IMG/VR virus record: IMGVR_UViG_3300023184_000034
Coordinates: 97,030 to 161,029 of that record
Reading direction: 5' to 3' (one strand)
Origin: a virus
Length of the DNA: 64,000 nt
The notes under the pieces were generated by a model. That model was given only the letters and a program-made list of their open reading frames with translations, was not told the DNA's origin and searched no databases. The position numbers and the translations under genes are program-made. Below are positions 18,259 to 27,490 of the stretch, piece by piece; within the stretch, counting starts at the first letter, position 1; each line of letters opens with the position of its first letter.

Positions 18259-20527
18259 TCATCTCAACCAACGAAGTAGTGGAATCCACTGTTAGCAACG
18301 GCGTTTTTGATTCCTTGGGAGTTGACAACAACACCAACTTGTCGTCTTGAACTGTGATGTTTAGTACTCCGCCGTTCTTTAAATTACCAAACAACATGAG
18401 CTTTGCCATCGGACGTTTGATTTCCTTGTCAATCACACGTTGTAACGGACGTGCGCCCATCTTGGGATCAAAACCTTTGGTAATAAGCCAGTTAGTACTT
18501 TCCTTATCTAACTTGATACGAATGCCTTTTTCTTTAACTTGAGCACGTAACTCATCCATAAATTTAACAATAACCTTGGTCATAGACTCTTTGCCCAACT
18601 TGTTAAAAGTCATAATACCATCCAATCGATTACGGAACTCTGGTGTAAAGAATTTCTTCAAATCTGCATCACTGTAATCTTTTTCCTGTGCGCCAAAACC
18701 AATGGCATTCTTTTCCGCAGATTGTGCGCCAGCATTGGTAGTGAGGATAAGAATCAAATTACGGCAATCTGCTTGTTTGCCATTTGACCCTGTGACAAAA
18801 CCGTTATCCATCATTTGCAACAACACAGTTGTGACATCTGGATGCGATTTTTCAACTTCATCAAACAACAACACTGCATTTGGATTCTCTTGAATCTGTG
18901 TGATTAGCAATCCAGCGTTCTCCTCAAACCCCACATAGCCAGGAGGACTACCGATCAGTTTGGAAATGCTGTGCTTTTCTTGGTATTCTGACATGTCAAA
19001 TCTCAACAACTTGACACTCAAGTGCTTGGCCAGTGATTTGGCAGTTTCGGTCTTGCCGCAACCCGTGGGCCCCATGAACACAAATGATCCAATGGGTTTA
19101 TTTTCTGATTTTAATCCAGCCTGCGCCACCATGATCTTATCCACAACTTCTGTAAGAGCAAGATCTTGCCCGTAAACTTCACGTTGCAAGTTTTCTTGTA
19201 GCATGGAAAGATTGCTGGATTCTGTTTCCATGATCTTTTCTTCAGGCATTTGAATCATCTTGGCCAGTTCAAACTGAATTTCACGCTCGCCAATGATTCG
19301 ATCATCTGCAAGTTTGAGATTAAAACGACTACATGCCAAATCGATCAAGTCAATTGCTTTGTCTGGCAACTTCTTGTCTGTTTGATATTTGACTGACAAT
19401 TTAATAGCAGCATCCAGTGCATCATCACGTATTTTAACCTTGTGGAAACCTTCGTAGTATTTCTTAATACCTTTGAGGATTTGTTTGGTAACTTCCACGG
19501 TGGGCTCGTCAACTGTGATGCGTTGAAACCTGCGCATCAGCGCACGATCCTTTTCAAAGTGCTTGCGATATTCTTCCCATGTGGTTGATGCAATGACTTT
19601 GATGTTGCCTTTGCTCAGTGCAGGTTTCATCATGTTGGCAAGGTCGTTTGAACTGTTGCCACCTGCGCCAGCACCACTAATCATGTGAGCTTCGTCGATA
19701 AACAACACAGTTTTGCCTTTCTTCTGCAATGCCTTAATAACATGCTTGAATCTTTCTTCAAAGTCTCCACGATACTTGCTGCCAGCCAGCATAGCACTGA
19801 TATCTAAACTGTAAACTTTGTATTCTTTGAGAAATTCTGGAACAGCACCATTCACAATATTGTGTGCAAGGCCTTCAGCAATAGCAGTCTTGCCCACGCC
19901 AGGATCACCAACTAAAATCACATTATTTTTATTGCGACGACCCAATGCCAGTGCAATATTTTCTAATTCGTCAATACGACCAATAACTGGATCAATCTTT
20001 TGTTTTTCAACCATGTCGTTTAGATTGGTTGTAAACGCACGAAGTGCTCTGTCGCTTTGATTGTCTGTGCCAGATTCTTCTTCAGATTCTTCAGAATTGC
20101 TGTTATTAACAAAGTCATTGAACTTGTCTTTATCGATTTTGGCCTTTTGGATGTAATAATGTGCCCAGCTGCGTTTTTCACCAATCATGCTCATGAACAC
20201 ATCAGTGGGTTCAATACGTTGCCTACCGTTAAACAACACTTGTGTAAATGCACGATTAAGCACACGCTCTACACTTTGAGTTTTCTTTGGTTTAACAACC
20301 ACATCAGTGATGGTGATTTCTTGACACTTGTTGTGCAAATAATCTGTTAGATCATTTTTAAGTTCGTCAAGATTTGCGCCAAATCCTGTGATCACGTTTC
20401 CAAATGGTTCCTCCAACAACATGGCATACAATAAATGTTCTATTGTAAGATACTCGTGATGAAGTTTTTTAGCTGTATCAATTGCTTTTTCAAATACCGC
20501 TTGTAGGTTATCACTTGGTTCAACCAT
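18248..20527 (-). CDS. clpA: ATP-dependent Clp protease ATPase subunit ClpA
   Basis: Clp-N domain (HEYLTIEHLL), two AAA+ modules (GDPGVGKT, GPTGCGKT), IGF ClpP-docking loop, GARPL; no ClpB coiled-coil middle domain. Confidence 0.93.
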   Translation of the reverse strand: MVEPSDNLQAVFEKAIDTAKKLHHEYLTIEHLLYAMLLEEPFGNVITGFGANLDELKNDLTDYLHNKCQEITITDVVVKPKKTQSVERVLNRAFTQVLFNGRQRIEPTDVFMSMIGEKRSWAHYYIQKAKIDKDKFNDFVNNSNSEESEEESGTDNQSDRALRAFTTNLNDMVEKQKIDPVIGRIDELENIALALGRRNKNNVILVGDPGVGKTAIAEGLAHNIVNGAVPEFLKEYKVYSLDISAMLAGSKYRGDFEERFKHVIKALQKKGKTVLFIDEAHMISGAGAGGNSSNDLANMMKPALSKGNIKVIASTTWEEYRKHFEKDRALMRRFQRITVDEPTVEVTKQILKGIKKYYEGFHKVKIRDDALDAAIKLSVKYQTDKKLPDKAIDLIDLACSRFNLKLADDRIIGEREIQFELAKMIQMPEEKIMETESSNLSMLQENLQREVYGQDLALTEVVDKIMVAQAGLKSENKPIGSFVFMGPTGCGKTETAKSLAKHLSVKLLRFDMSEYQEKHSISKLIGSPPGYVGFEENAGLLITQIQENPNAVLLFDEVEKSHPDVTTVLLQMMDNGFVTGSNGKQADCRNLILILTTNAGAQSAEKNAIGFGAQEKDYSDADLKKFFTPEFRNRLDGIMTFNKLGKESMTKVIVKFMDELRAQVKEKGIRIKLDKESTNWLITKGFDPKMGARPLQRVIDKEIKRPMAKLMLFGNLKNGGVLNITVQDDKLVLLSTPKESKTPLLTVDSTTSLVEMNVS

Positions 20528-21020
20528 TACGTTTTCCTTTTCTCTTTAATAATTTCTTTTTAGCTAATGACAATTTTAATGGACTAATATTGTCTATAAA
20601 ACAAACACCATCCAAGTGGTCTAGTTCATGTTGAAAACATCTTGAATCTATTCCAGTTAGTTCTATTATACATTCTTTGTTTTGTCTGTCAATGTATCTG
20701 ACTGTAATATTGTTATGTCTGGGTACTTTTAAAATTAGTCCAGGAAAGCTCAAGCATCCTTCTTCTCCAGTGACCATATTGTTATCTCCCCACAATATCG
20801 ATGGATTGAACATACAAAACGGTACTTGATTTGTCAAGTGTATGGCAAAAACTCGTTTAAGTAAACCAACTTGATTGGCCGCTAATCCCCTGCCGTGACT
20901 CACAACCATAAGTTGAACCATGTCAACTTCTAAATTGGCCGGGTTCTGATCTTTTTCAAAATCCCAACGTTCTGCAGTTTGTTTTAGAATAAGATCAGAC
21001 GACTCTATTAATTTCAGCAT
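20520..21020 (-). CDS. def: Peptide deformylase
   Basis: GLAANQVG, EGCLS, QHELDHLDG. Confidence 0.96.
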   Translation of the reverse strand: MLKLIESSDLILKQTAERWDFEKDQNPANLEVDMVQLMVVSHGRGLAANQVGLLKRVFAIHLTNQVPFCMFNPSILWGDNNMVTGEEGCLSFPGLILKVPRHNNITVRYIDRQNKECIIELTGIDSRCFQHELDHLDGVCFIDNISPLKLSLAKKKLLKRKGKRNG

Positions 21021-21855
21021 CCAGCGCCCTTAGTTTTGCTATTAAATTTTGGTCAGTAATTATTGGTGTTTTAATTTTGACCACACTGACAAATCTTCCC
21101 TTTCCTCCATTATTTACATTTGTGAAGCCAGTTCCGTGGCTAGCAAACTCAACTCCAGTTTCTACGCCTGCACGTATATCGATCTCCATGCGGTCACCTG
21201 ATATATTACTAACAGTTTTTTTACAACCCAGCATGGCTTCAATGGGAGATATTTCTATGTTGGTATACAAATCATCGCCTCGACGTTCAAACTTGGGATC
21301 TGCTTGCACTAAAATTGTCACGTTAAGGTTACCACGTTGCATTTGAGGAATGGAATCGTCTCCTAGCCCGTTGTATCTAATGGTGTCGCCGTTGGTGATT
21401 CCAGGCGGCACATTGATCTTAACTGACTGATTACGGCCACTGGGTAATTGGAAATTAGCTTCAAGTTGTTTGCCAAGATATGAATCTACCAAGCTAACTT
21501 GACACTGGATGTTTAAATCTCGATTTTTCCTTACTCCTCGCATTTGCCCAAATATATCTCCAAACGGATGGCCAGCCCCGCCAAACATTTGTCCAAAAGG
21601 ATCCTGACCACCTCCAAACGGATTTCCAGTATGAAAGTGGAATTGTGGTTGATCACCGTACATACGTTTTTGGTCGTATTCGGTTTTTTTGTTAGCATCG
21701 CTCAATGTGTCGTATGCCACACTGATATCTTTGAATTTGGCTTGGTCGCCGCCCTTGTCCGGATGGTGCTTGTTGGCCAGGCTTCGATATGCTTTTTTAA
21801 TTTGTTCTGGGTCAGCGTCTGCGCCAACACCTAGTGTTTGGTAATAGTCAGTCAT
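20995..21855 (-). CDS. Class B DnaJ/CbpA-like co-chaperone
   Basis: J domain with HPD, G/F linker, C-terminal substrate-binding domains, no Zn finger. Confidence 0.92.
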   Translation of the reverse strand: MTDYYQTLGVGADADPEQIKKAYRSLANKHHPDKGGDQAKFKDISVAYDTLSDANKKTEYDQKRMYGDQPQFHFHTGNPFGGGQDPFGQMFGGAGHPFGDIFGQMRGVRKNRDLNIQCQVSLVDSYLGKQLEANFQLPSGRNQSVKINVPPGITNGDTIRYNGLGDDSIPQMQRGNLNVTILVQADPKFERRGDDLYTNIEISPIEAMLGCKKTVSNISGDRMEIDIRAGVETGVEFASHGTGFTNVNNGGKGRFVSVVKIKTPIITDQNLIAKLRALDAEINRVV

Positions 21856-21861
21856 AGTCGT

Positions 21862-21915
21862 AAAAAAGGCTCCATTAATAGTATTAATTATACTATCTTA
21901 AATGGAGCCTGTCAA
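21862..21915 (-). promoter_or_regulatory. Perfect sigma70 promoter (TTGACA-17-TATAAT) nested within an intrinsic terminator hairpin
   Basis: -35 at 21910-21915, -10 at 21887-21892; arms AGGCTCCATT/AATGGAGCCT followed by a T-run. Confidence 0.8.
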
Positions 21916-21923
21916 TGATTTGA

Positions 21924-22133
21924 TTATTTCTTTTCTGGAACCTTGTCACCTTCTACTTTCTTGTGAACTTTGATTTTTTTACAATCTTCGGCTTGCTTAC
22001 CAGTCTTCTTGTTCATCACAGCTTTGCCTTCTTTGTCAACTCGCGGTGTGCAAACTTCTTTAGTTTCCCCGCCAGCAACTGCTGGGCTAGACAATACCAA
22101 ACATAAACCTGCTACAAATATAACATTTTTCAT
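21924..22133 (-). CDS. Small secreted protein (signal peptide, two further Cys)
   Basis: MKNVIFVAGLCLVLSSPAVA signal-like N-terminus; GAGG SD. Confidence 0.65.
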   Translation of the reverse strand: MKNVIFVAGLCLVLSSPAVAGGETKEVCTPRVDKEGKAVMNKKTGKQAEDCKKIKVHKKVEGDKVPEKK

Positions 22134-22270
22134 TTTTATGATCCTCTCTTAGCTATTATAGCTTGAATTTTTTCTTGGATGATCTTTGCCCAAACCGGTT
22201 GTGGCAAATTCCAACCAACAAATGCTCCCACTGCTATCCAAAATAATATATCTAACATATGCTGTTTCCT

Positions 22271-22885
22271 TTATAGAACTGGTTGGTCAAAATCTGGAAC
22301 GATTTTTTTACCACTTGCTGTTGTAGTTATTGCGGTTGCCCCACCAAACCCTGCGTTTGGAGATGAGCCTCCAAAGCCGCCTCCGCTAAAGCTACTCGGT
22401 GTTGGTGAACTAAAACCACCGGAGTTGCCGAAGCCTCCTGATTGCGGTTGGCCAAATGTTGATGACACGCCCTGAAATCCTGTTGTTGCTGTGCCTGACC
22501 CGCCATAGTTGTTTCCTCCAAAACTGCCTTGTTGTCCACTACCAAAACCACCAGCAACATTACCGGCCATGTTGTTAGTTACTGTTTGACTCGTAGAAGT
22601 TGGGTTTGCCGCTGTGCCTGCTAGTTTTTCTTGTGTACGGCCAAACGCCGCAATGCCTAAAACTGCGCCCATTGCAATGTGGAACAGGCCAGCACCTTGA
22701 AGTGTTAAAGGATTCCATTGTGTAATTGGCATGTGCATAAATGCTTGTAGTAACGACCAGCAAACTGGGAATATAGCCATGTCTAACAAACATATTAACA
22801 TGTACATCCAGCCCATAGCTGGACGCCACAATTTCTGCATCCAATCACTACTGCTACTGCTATCTTTTTCTTTATCTGCCATCAC
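22271..22885 (-). CDS. Holin (3TM-holin-like) with Gly/Ser-rich tail
   Basis: WRPAMGWMY motif, TM helices, GRTQEK; lies in the lysis cassette. Confidence 0.75.
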   Translation of the reverse strand: MMADKEKDSSSSSDWMQKLWRPAMGWMYMLICLLDMAIFPVCWSLLQAFMHMPITQWNPLTLQGAGLFHIAMGAVLGIAAFGRTQEKLAGTAANPTSTSQTVTNNMAGNVAGGFGSGQQGSFGGNNYGGSGTATTGFQGVSSTFGQPQSGGFGNSGGFSSPTPSSFSGGGFGGSSPNAGFGGATAITTTASGKKIVPDFDQPVL

Positions 22886-22893
22886 CAGCTCCT

Positions 22894-23172
22894 TTAAAGC
22901 ATGTTATCATTTAGAGGTGTTAATACTTGTTCGTTCATAACCCCCAACGCTAGCTCAGCCCGCGCCGCATGCAACTTGTGTGCTGACTCATGTTGTGCCT
23001 GTTGTTCTGGTGTTAACGCTTGAAATTCCGCTAAGATGCGGGTTGTTTGTGCTGCATCGTGCTCTGCCCGTTGCTCTGTGGTCATTGCCACATATGCTTC
23101 AACAGCTGCTACGCAAGCAGATTTTGCAGCTTCCATTGCTGCTTCATTGTTTAAAATAATATCGTCCGCCAT
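22894..23172 (-). CDS. Hypothetical protein
   Basis: 92 aa; AGGAG SD; TAAATA at 23196-23201. Confidence 0.65.
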   Translation of the reverse strand: MADDIILNNEAAMEAAKSACVAAVEAYVAMTTEQRAEHDAAQTTRILAEFQALTPEQQAQHESAHKLHAARAELALGVMNEQVLTPLNDNML

Positions 23173-23194
23173 TGCGTACTCCTTTGTAATACAG

Positions 23195-23473
23195 TTATTT
23201 ATCTATCAAACTTGCTTGGTATTTCGCACGTTCTTCTGCTGATTTTACTTCTATCAGCAATTCAGCAGCAACTGTTTGTGCTTTTTGTGCTGCATCCATT
23301 GCTGCTTTATGTGCAAGGTCAGTAGCTTCTGCCGCCCGAATCTTTGCATCAATTAGTGACTTTTCAGCACGTTCCAAATCTTCCACAGCAGAATCTGCAT
23401 AGTTTTTGGCACTCAAAAACAACTTTTTAAGTTTTTTTGCGGCCGATTCTTCCACCCGTCTAATAAAACTCAT
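23195..23473 (-). CDS. Hypothetical coiled-coil protein
   Basis: 92-aa Ala/Glu/Lys helical ORF. Confidence 0.65.
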   Translation of the reverse strand: MSFIRRVEESAAKKLKKLFLSAKNYADSAVEDLERAEKSLIDAKIRAAEATDLAHKAAMDAAQKAQTVAAELLIEVKSAEERAKYQASLIDK

Positions 23474-23475
23474 GA

Positions 23476-23745
23476 TTATTTTCCATTGTGTATTTTTTGT
23501 TGACCGTTATACCACACAATCCAGTCGTCTACTTTGGCTTTACAATCATAGTACAGAGCGTAGTTATCGCTCACAACATCTATGATGTCACTTAGTTTGT
23601 TAACCTTGGGATCCATTTGTTTCAAGTCTGGACACGCTTCCAGCAACTCTTTGGGAACAGTGGGCCATGCTTGTTTAATAGGCACAGTATCTTTTAAACA
23701 ACCAGTTAGCAGCAACACAGGAATTAATAAAAACAATCGTTTCAT
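23476..23745 (-). CDS. o-spanin lipoprotein (Rz1-like)
   Basis: Lipobox LLTGC, Pro-rich segment, YYDC; overlaps the i-spanin stop. Confidence 0.8.
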   Translation of the reverse strand: MKRLFLLIPVLLLTGCLKDTVPIKQAWPTVPKELLEACPDLKQMDPKVNKLSDIIDVVSDNYALYYDCKAKVDDWIVWYNGQQKIHNGK

Positions 23746-24200
23746 TTATTTTCTCCTGCTGGGTTTCTTGCAGCTTTATTAAGCAGTTCAGGAACTTTGG
23801 GATCAATTTCGCACTTGCTGTTGATTACTTTTTCTACTTCTTTAATTTCAGTCTTGACTGTGTTGTAGTATTCCACACGAACTTTTTGTTTCTTTTTACG
23901 TTCTTCGTCCAGCTTCTTGCTGAATTCTTCAGATTCTTTTGCTTTGCGATCTGCTTCTGCTTGAGCTATTTGTACCTTTTCTTCCCATATTGCCTGTACA
24001 CCAGCGCCGCCATACATGAATACACAAGCCAATGTAAGTATGCCAGCCACTGGTTTAAGGAATTTAGCATATATGCCAACTGCGGGGAAATGTACCAATA
24101 TGCCACTAAGAAAAAATACTGCAAGAGATGCCCCTGCACCAACTAACCAAAACCAGGATGGAATACTACTTAATACAAAGTCGATCATCCAGATGAACAT
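23742..24200 (-). CDS. i-spanin (Rz-like)
   Basis: N-terminal TM helices, periplasmic coiled coil, C-terminal Cys; follows the endolysin. Confidence 0.75.
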   Translation of the reverse strand: MFIWMIDFVLSSIPSWFWLVGAGASLAVFFLSGILVHFPAVGIYAKFLKPVAGILTLACVFMYGGAGVQAIWEEKVQIAQAEADRKAKESEEFSKKLDEERKKKQKVRVEYYNTVKTEIKEVEKVINSKCEIDPKVPELLNKAARNPAGENK

Positions 24201-24203
24201 GAC

Positions 24204-24830
24204 TTATCCTTCTAGAACGTGAATAGCATGGCCGTAGTGCTTTTGACGGTCAGCTAGTCCCAATGTTCCACCGTTAATCTTTTTGGTTAATGTGAGAATG
24301 TCGCCTGTGTCTGCCCACTGATTCAAGTTGTTGGCTTCCCAGAACCATGCAGCACTTTGTACACAACCTTCAAATGTGGTCAAATGCTCGCTGGCTTCGT
24401 CTAAGCTAATTTCTAAACTCTGTGCATATCGTTCGTAATTGCTTTTGCCAGTCAATTGAATCAGTCCACGACCGCAGAACTTCCAACCATCACCGGATTC
24501 TTCTGGGCCGTTGCCCATGCGATTTGCATAAGCTCTGTTGGCAATGCGCTCTGGTTGCTGTGCATATTGGCGAGCAATATCAATGCTGGGGAAATATCTC
24601 GGCCACACTTTGCATAGACTTTCTGCTCGATAGTTTAGGTTTTCTTTAATAGCACGATAGTTACCAGACTCATGTGCAGTTTGTGCTATAAAAGCAGCAA
24701 CACGGGGCACAGTATGAATATCGTAATCGGGTAGTATTTGCACCAGTGCCTCATACCATTGTTCAGTATACGGGTTCTTACCGATGATTGCTTCTAACTT
24801 ACTTTGTGTAAAATCAAATTCAAAACTCAT
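24204..24830 (-). CDS. Endolysin, glycoside hydrolase family 19
   Basis: AAFIAQTAHESG, ENLNY, GRGLIQLTG, SAAWFW, TKKINGG. Confidence 0.93.
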   Translation of the reverse strand: MSFEFDFTQSKLEAIIGKNPYTEQWYEALVQILPDYDIHTVPRVAAFIAQTAHESGNYRAIKENLNYRAESLCKVWPRYFPSIDIARQYAQQPERIANRAYANRMGNGPEESGDGWKFCGRGLIQLTGKSNYERYAQSLEISLDEASEHLTTFEGCVQSAAWFWEANNLNQWADTGDILTLTKKINGGTLGLADRQKHYGHAIHVLEG

Positions 24831-24832
24831 TG

Positions 24833-25564
24833 TTATTTCCTTTTCAGTGCAACAGCCCAGTTTTTGTTTTCAAATATAAAAGTGTCACTGATTTTTGTTA
24901 TGTTATAGTTGCCTATAACTTTGGTTAAAAACATGACTTCTGCCATGTCTTTACTTTCCAAAACAATTGGCCCTTTGATATTGTTGTATATATCTTGTTT
25001 GGCGCCGCTTGCAACAATATCAAAAGATACCGGGCCACTGTAAGCACGTTTAAATGTTATGCTTTCATCTACTACATTTAAATTCTCAGCATAGCTGTTA
25101 CTAAAAAAATTACTAAAATTATCTAGACTATTTTTTTCTGTAGCTATGTTGTATGTGTTTTTATCTATGGGGACAATTGTTTCCAACTCTTCCAATGTGG
25201 CAGGGTGACTTTTAAAACTCTTAAAGTATCTAAAACGCATGTTATCCAAACCAGATACTTTTTTAACACCCTCGATTAGTTCAAAAATTTGTTCAGCTGT
25301 GTCACGCCCTCTCTCCAGCTCTACAAAAACTGTGTAATTGCCCTCGTCGGTTTCTCCAGGAGTGCAATCTGCATCAAGAATAAAGTTATAACCCATCTCA
25401 AAGAAATTTTCCAAATCGTGAGCAGGGTCTTCGTGATCAACGGTGAAACTCAACACCACAATATCTTCATCGTCGCCAATTTTACTTTTATAGCTGTCGA
25501 TCTCAAAAACTTTTTGTACCAAGTTACGAAGATCTGCATTGCGTAATGCTTCGTTCAAGCTCAT
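24833..25564 (-). CDS. Conserved hypothetical phage protein
   Basis: 243 aa; MSLNE start; coupled to the upstream gene. Confidence 0.7.
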   Translation of the reverse strand: MSLNEALRNADLRNLVQKVFEIDSYKSKIGDDEDIVVLSFTVDHEDPAHDLENFFEMGYNFILDADCTPGETDEGNYTVFVELERGRDTAEQIFELIEGVKKVSGLDNMRFRYFKSFKSHPATLEELETIVPIDKNTYNIATEKNSLDNFSNFFSNSYAENLNVVDESITFKRAYSGPVSFDIVASGAKQDIYNNIKGPIVLESKDMAEVMFLTKVIGNYNITKISDTFIFENKNWAVALKRK

Positions 25565-26115
25565 ACTGGTGCTCCTGGTGCTCCTGGTGCTCCTGGTGCT
25601 GCTGGTGCAGCTGGTGCAGCTGGTGCTGCTGCACCGCCGGGTGCTGGTGCAGAATCAGTCAATGCACCTTCTTCGGATTTGTAATCTTTCTTCATCTTGT
25701 CCATGTAACCTTTGTATATATCAAATGCTATTTTCTTGGGCATTTGAATTTCAACAATCCATATGGGCTTGCGATCTAACTGACCTTTCTTAGAACCAGG
25801 ACGAATGTCTTCGTGTGTGCGAATTTTTCGAGGTTCAATCAAATGACTCTTTTGATATATAACTTTGCAACCCAGCTCTGTTAAACGTTTTCCTGCTATG
25901 GGATTAGGCATCTTTTTTTCCGGCCACATAAAACCTACTGTGATCCAATGACGATCCACTTTGGGACCATAGGCCAACTCACCGTTCTCCCAGTTTTCAT
26001 ACACATACATGTCAGTTTCTTCTAAAACACGTTCAAAGTCCTTCAATACAGCAAGGCTGCTGTTGTTTTCATATAGTTCTTCTATGTTGCGTATAACGTC
26101 TAATATATCGTGCAT
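25561..26115 (-). CDS. Conserved hypothetical phage protein with Ala/Pro-rich tail
   Basis: 184 aa; DFERVL..MYVYENW; TAAATA at 26141-26146. Confidence 0.7.
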   Translation of the reverse strand: MHDILDVIRNIEELYENNSSLAVLKDFERVLEETDMYVYENWENGELAYGPKVDRHWITVGFMWPEKKMPNPIAGKRLTELGCKVIYQKSHLIEPRKIRTHEDIRPGSKKGQLDRKPIWIVEIQMPKKIAFDIYKGYMDKMKKDYKSEEGALTDSAPAPGGAAAPAAPAAPAAPGAPGAPGAPV

Positions 26116-26193
26116 GATTAATCCTAGAATTCACTGTACTTATTTAGCTGGTTCAAAATCATATAGTATCAGTTTGTTATTCTGTGTATCTGT

Positions 26194-26266
26194 TAAATAA
26201 TAGTGTAGGACCTCTGTAGTTATCGAGGCGGTCACTACAAGTCCTGCTTAACCAGTAAAGTAGGAG
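26194..26266 (+). promoter_or_regulatory. Late promoter plus structured 5' leader of phoH
   Basis: TAAATA at 26194-26199; hairpin GTAGGAC..TGTAGT..ACTACA..GTCCTGC (26205-26247); alternative pairing with the SD. Confidence 0.55.
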
Positions 26267-26276
26267 CACAACTTAG

Positions 26277-26999
26277 ATGAGAAAAAACACAAGAGTGAAA
26301 AAGCGTTTTACATCAGAAGTTAACATAATTGATTTCCAGCCATATCTTCCGGCAAAAAAGCAACGTGTGATTATAAATGCACGTAATGCTAATCAGAAAT
26401 CTTATCTCAGCAAATTGTATTCAGAAACCACAAGCATTGTGTTTGCTATTGGTCCTGCGGGCACGGGTAAAACCATGCTGGCTGTGCAATATGGGATCAA
26501 GCTGTTTCAGGAAGGTGTAGTTGACAAAATTGTTGTGACAAGACCCGCCGTTAGTGTAGACGAAGATTTGGGATTTTTACCAGGTACATTGAATGAAAAA
26601 ATGGCACCTTGGACCCGTCCTATATTTGATGTGTTTGCAGAGTATTATCAAGCCAAAGACATTGCAAAAATGCTGGAGGATGGAACTATTGAAATAAGCC
26701 CACTTGCCTACATGCGAGGTAGAACCTTTAAAAATGCATATATTATTGCAGATGAGTGTCAAAATACCACTGTTAATCAGATGAAGATGCTGTTGACCCG
26801 TTTGGGGGAAGGATCTAAGATGGTAGTTACAGGGGATCTAGCACAGGCAGACCGATTGAGCGATAATGGTCTGATTGATTTTTGCAACCTACTTGAACAA
26901 AAGGAATATTTGGAACATATCGATATCATACGATTTGACCACAAGGACATCGAACGCCATAATGCCGTGAAGGAGGTGTTAGCGGTTTATGGAGAATAA
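26277..26999 (+). CDS. phoH: PhoH-family ATPase
   Basis: GPAGTGKT, LGFLPG, YMRGRT, DECQN, TGDLAQ. Confidence 0.96.
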   Translation: MRKNTRVKKRFTSEVNIIDFQPYLPAKKQRVIINARNANQKSYLSKLYSETTSIVFAIGPAGTGKTMLAVQYGIKLFQEGVVDKIVVTRPAVSVDEDLGFLPGTLNEKMAPWTRPIFDVFAEYYQAKDIAKMLEDGTIEISPLAYMRGRTFKNAYIIADECQNTTVNQMKMLLTRLGEGSKMVVTGDLAQADRLSDNGLIDFCNLLEQKEYLEHIDIIRFDHKDIERHNAVKEVLAVYGE

Positions 27000-27023
27000 C
27001 GCATACTGCGTTAGATAGTCAAG

Positions 27024-27047
27024 AAAAGGGCCTACGGGCCCTTTTTT
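27024..27047. terminator. Bidirectional intrinsic terminator
   Basis: AAAAGGGCC-TACG-GGCCCTTTTTT between convergent phoH and dCMP deaminase. Confidence 0.88.
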
Positions 27048-27490
27048 ACTTGTGTAACAGTTACGCCCGACTTTTCAAGAAACGCAACACCACTAGTATC
27101 CCTGTAAGCGTCCCGATATAAAACACTGCTAATACCGCTTTGGTATATAAGTTTGGCACAGTCCAAACATGGAGCATGGGTAATAAACATAGTAGCACCC
27201 ATACCAGATTCGTTAGATTTAGCCAACTTAGCGATTGCATTAGTTTCGGCATGAAGTACCTCTGGTTTAGTTTTTAATCTAATTTCAACAACATTTTCAT
27301 CAACGTCTAGCACATGTCCAATCTCATCTTCGCAGTTGTTGTCCCAACCTGCCGGCATACCATTGTAGCCAATTGAAATAATTCTATCATCTTTCACCAC
27401 AATAGCACCCACATGTAATCTGCGAGCATGACTGAGTTCTGCAAATGTCTCTGCAGTAGTCATGTATGCATCGATCAGTCGTTGTTTCAT
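27032..27490 (-). CDS. dCMP deaminase
   Basis: SIGYNG, HAETNAI, PCLDC. Confidence 0.93.
   Translation of the reverse strand: MKQRLIDAYMTTAETFAELSHARRLHVGAIVVKDDRIISIGYNGMPAGWDNNCEDEIGHVLDVDENVVEIRLKTKPEVLHAETNAIAKLAKSNESGMGATMFITHAPCLDCAKLIYQSGISSVLYRDAYRDTSGVAFLEKSGVTVTQVKKGP

Noticed and set aside
25539-25793. Cys/Trp-rich (WCSWCSWCC) and Leu/Val-rich ORFs that look like RiPP precursors
   Set aside because: Antisense frames of the 9-nt GAP/AAP repeat in the 184-aa gene tail
26994-27022. Possible antisense promoter into phoH (TTGACT-17-TTATTC)
   Set aside because: Poor -10 match; insufficient support
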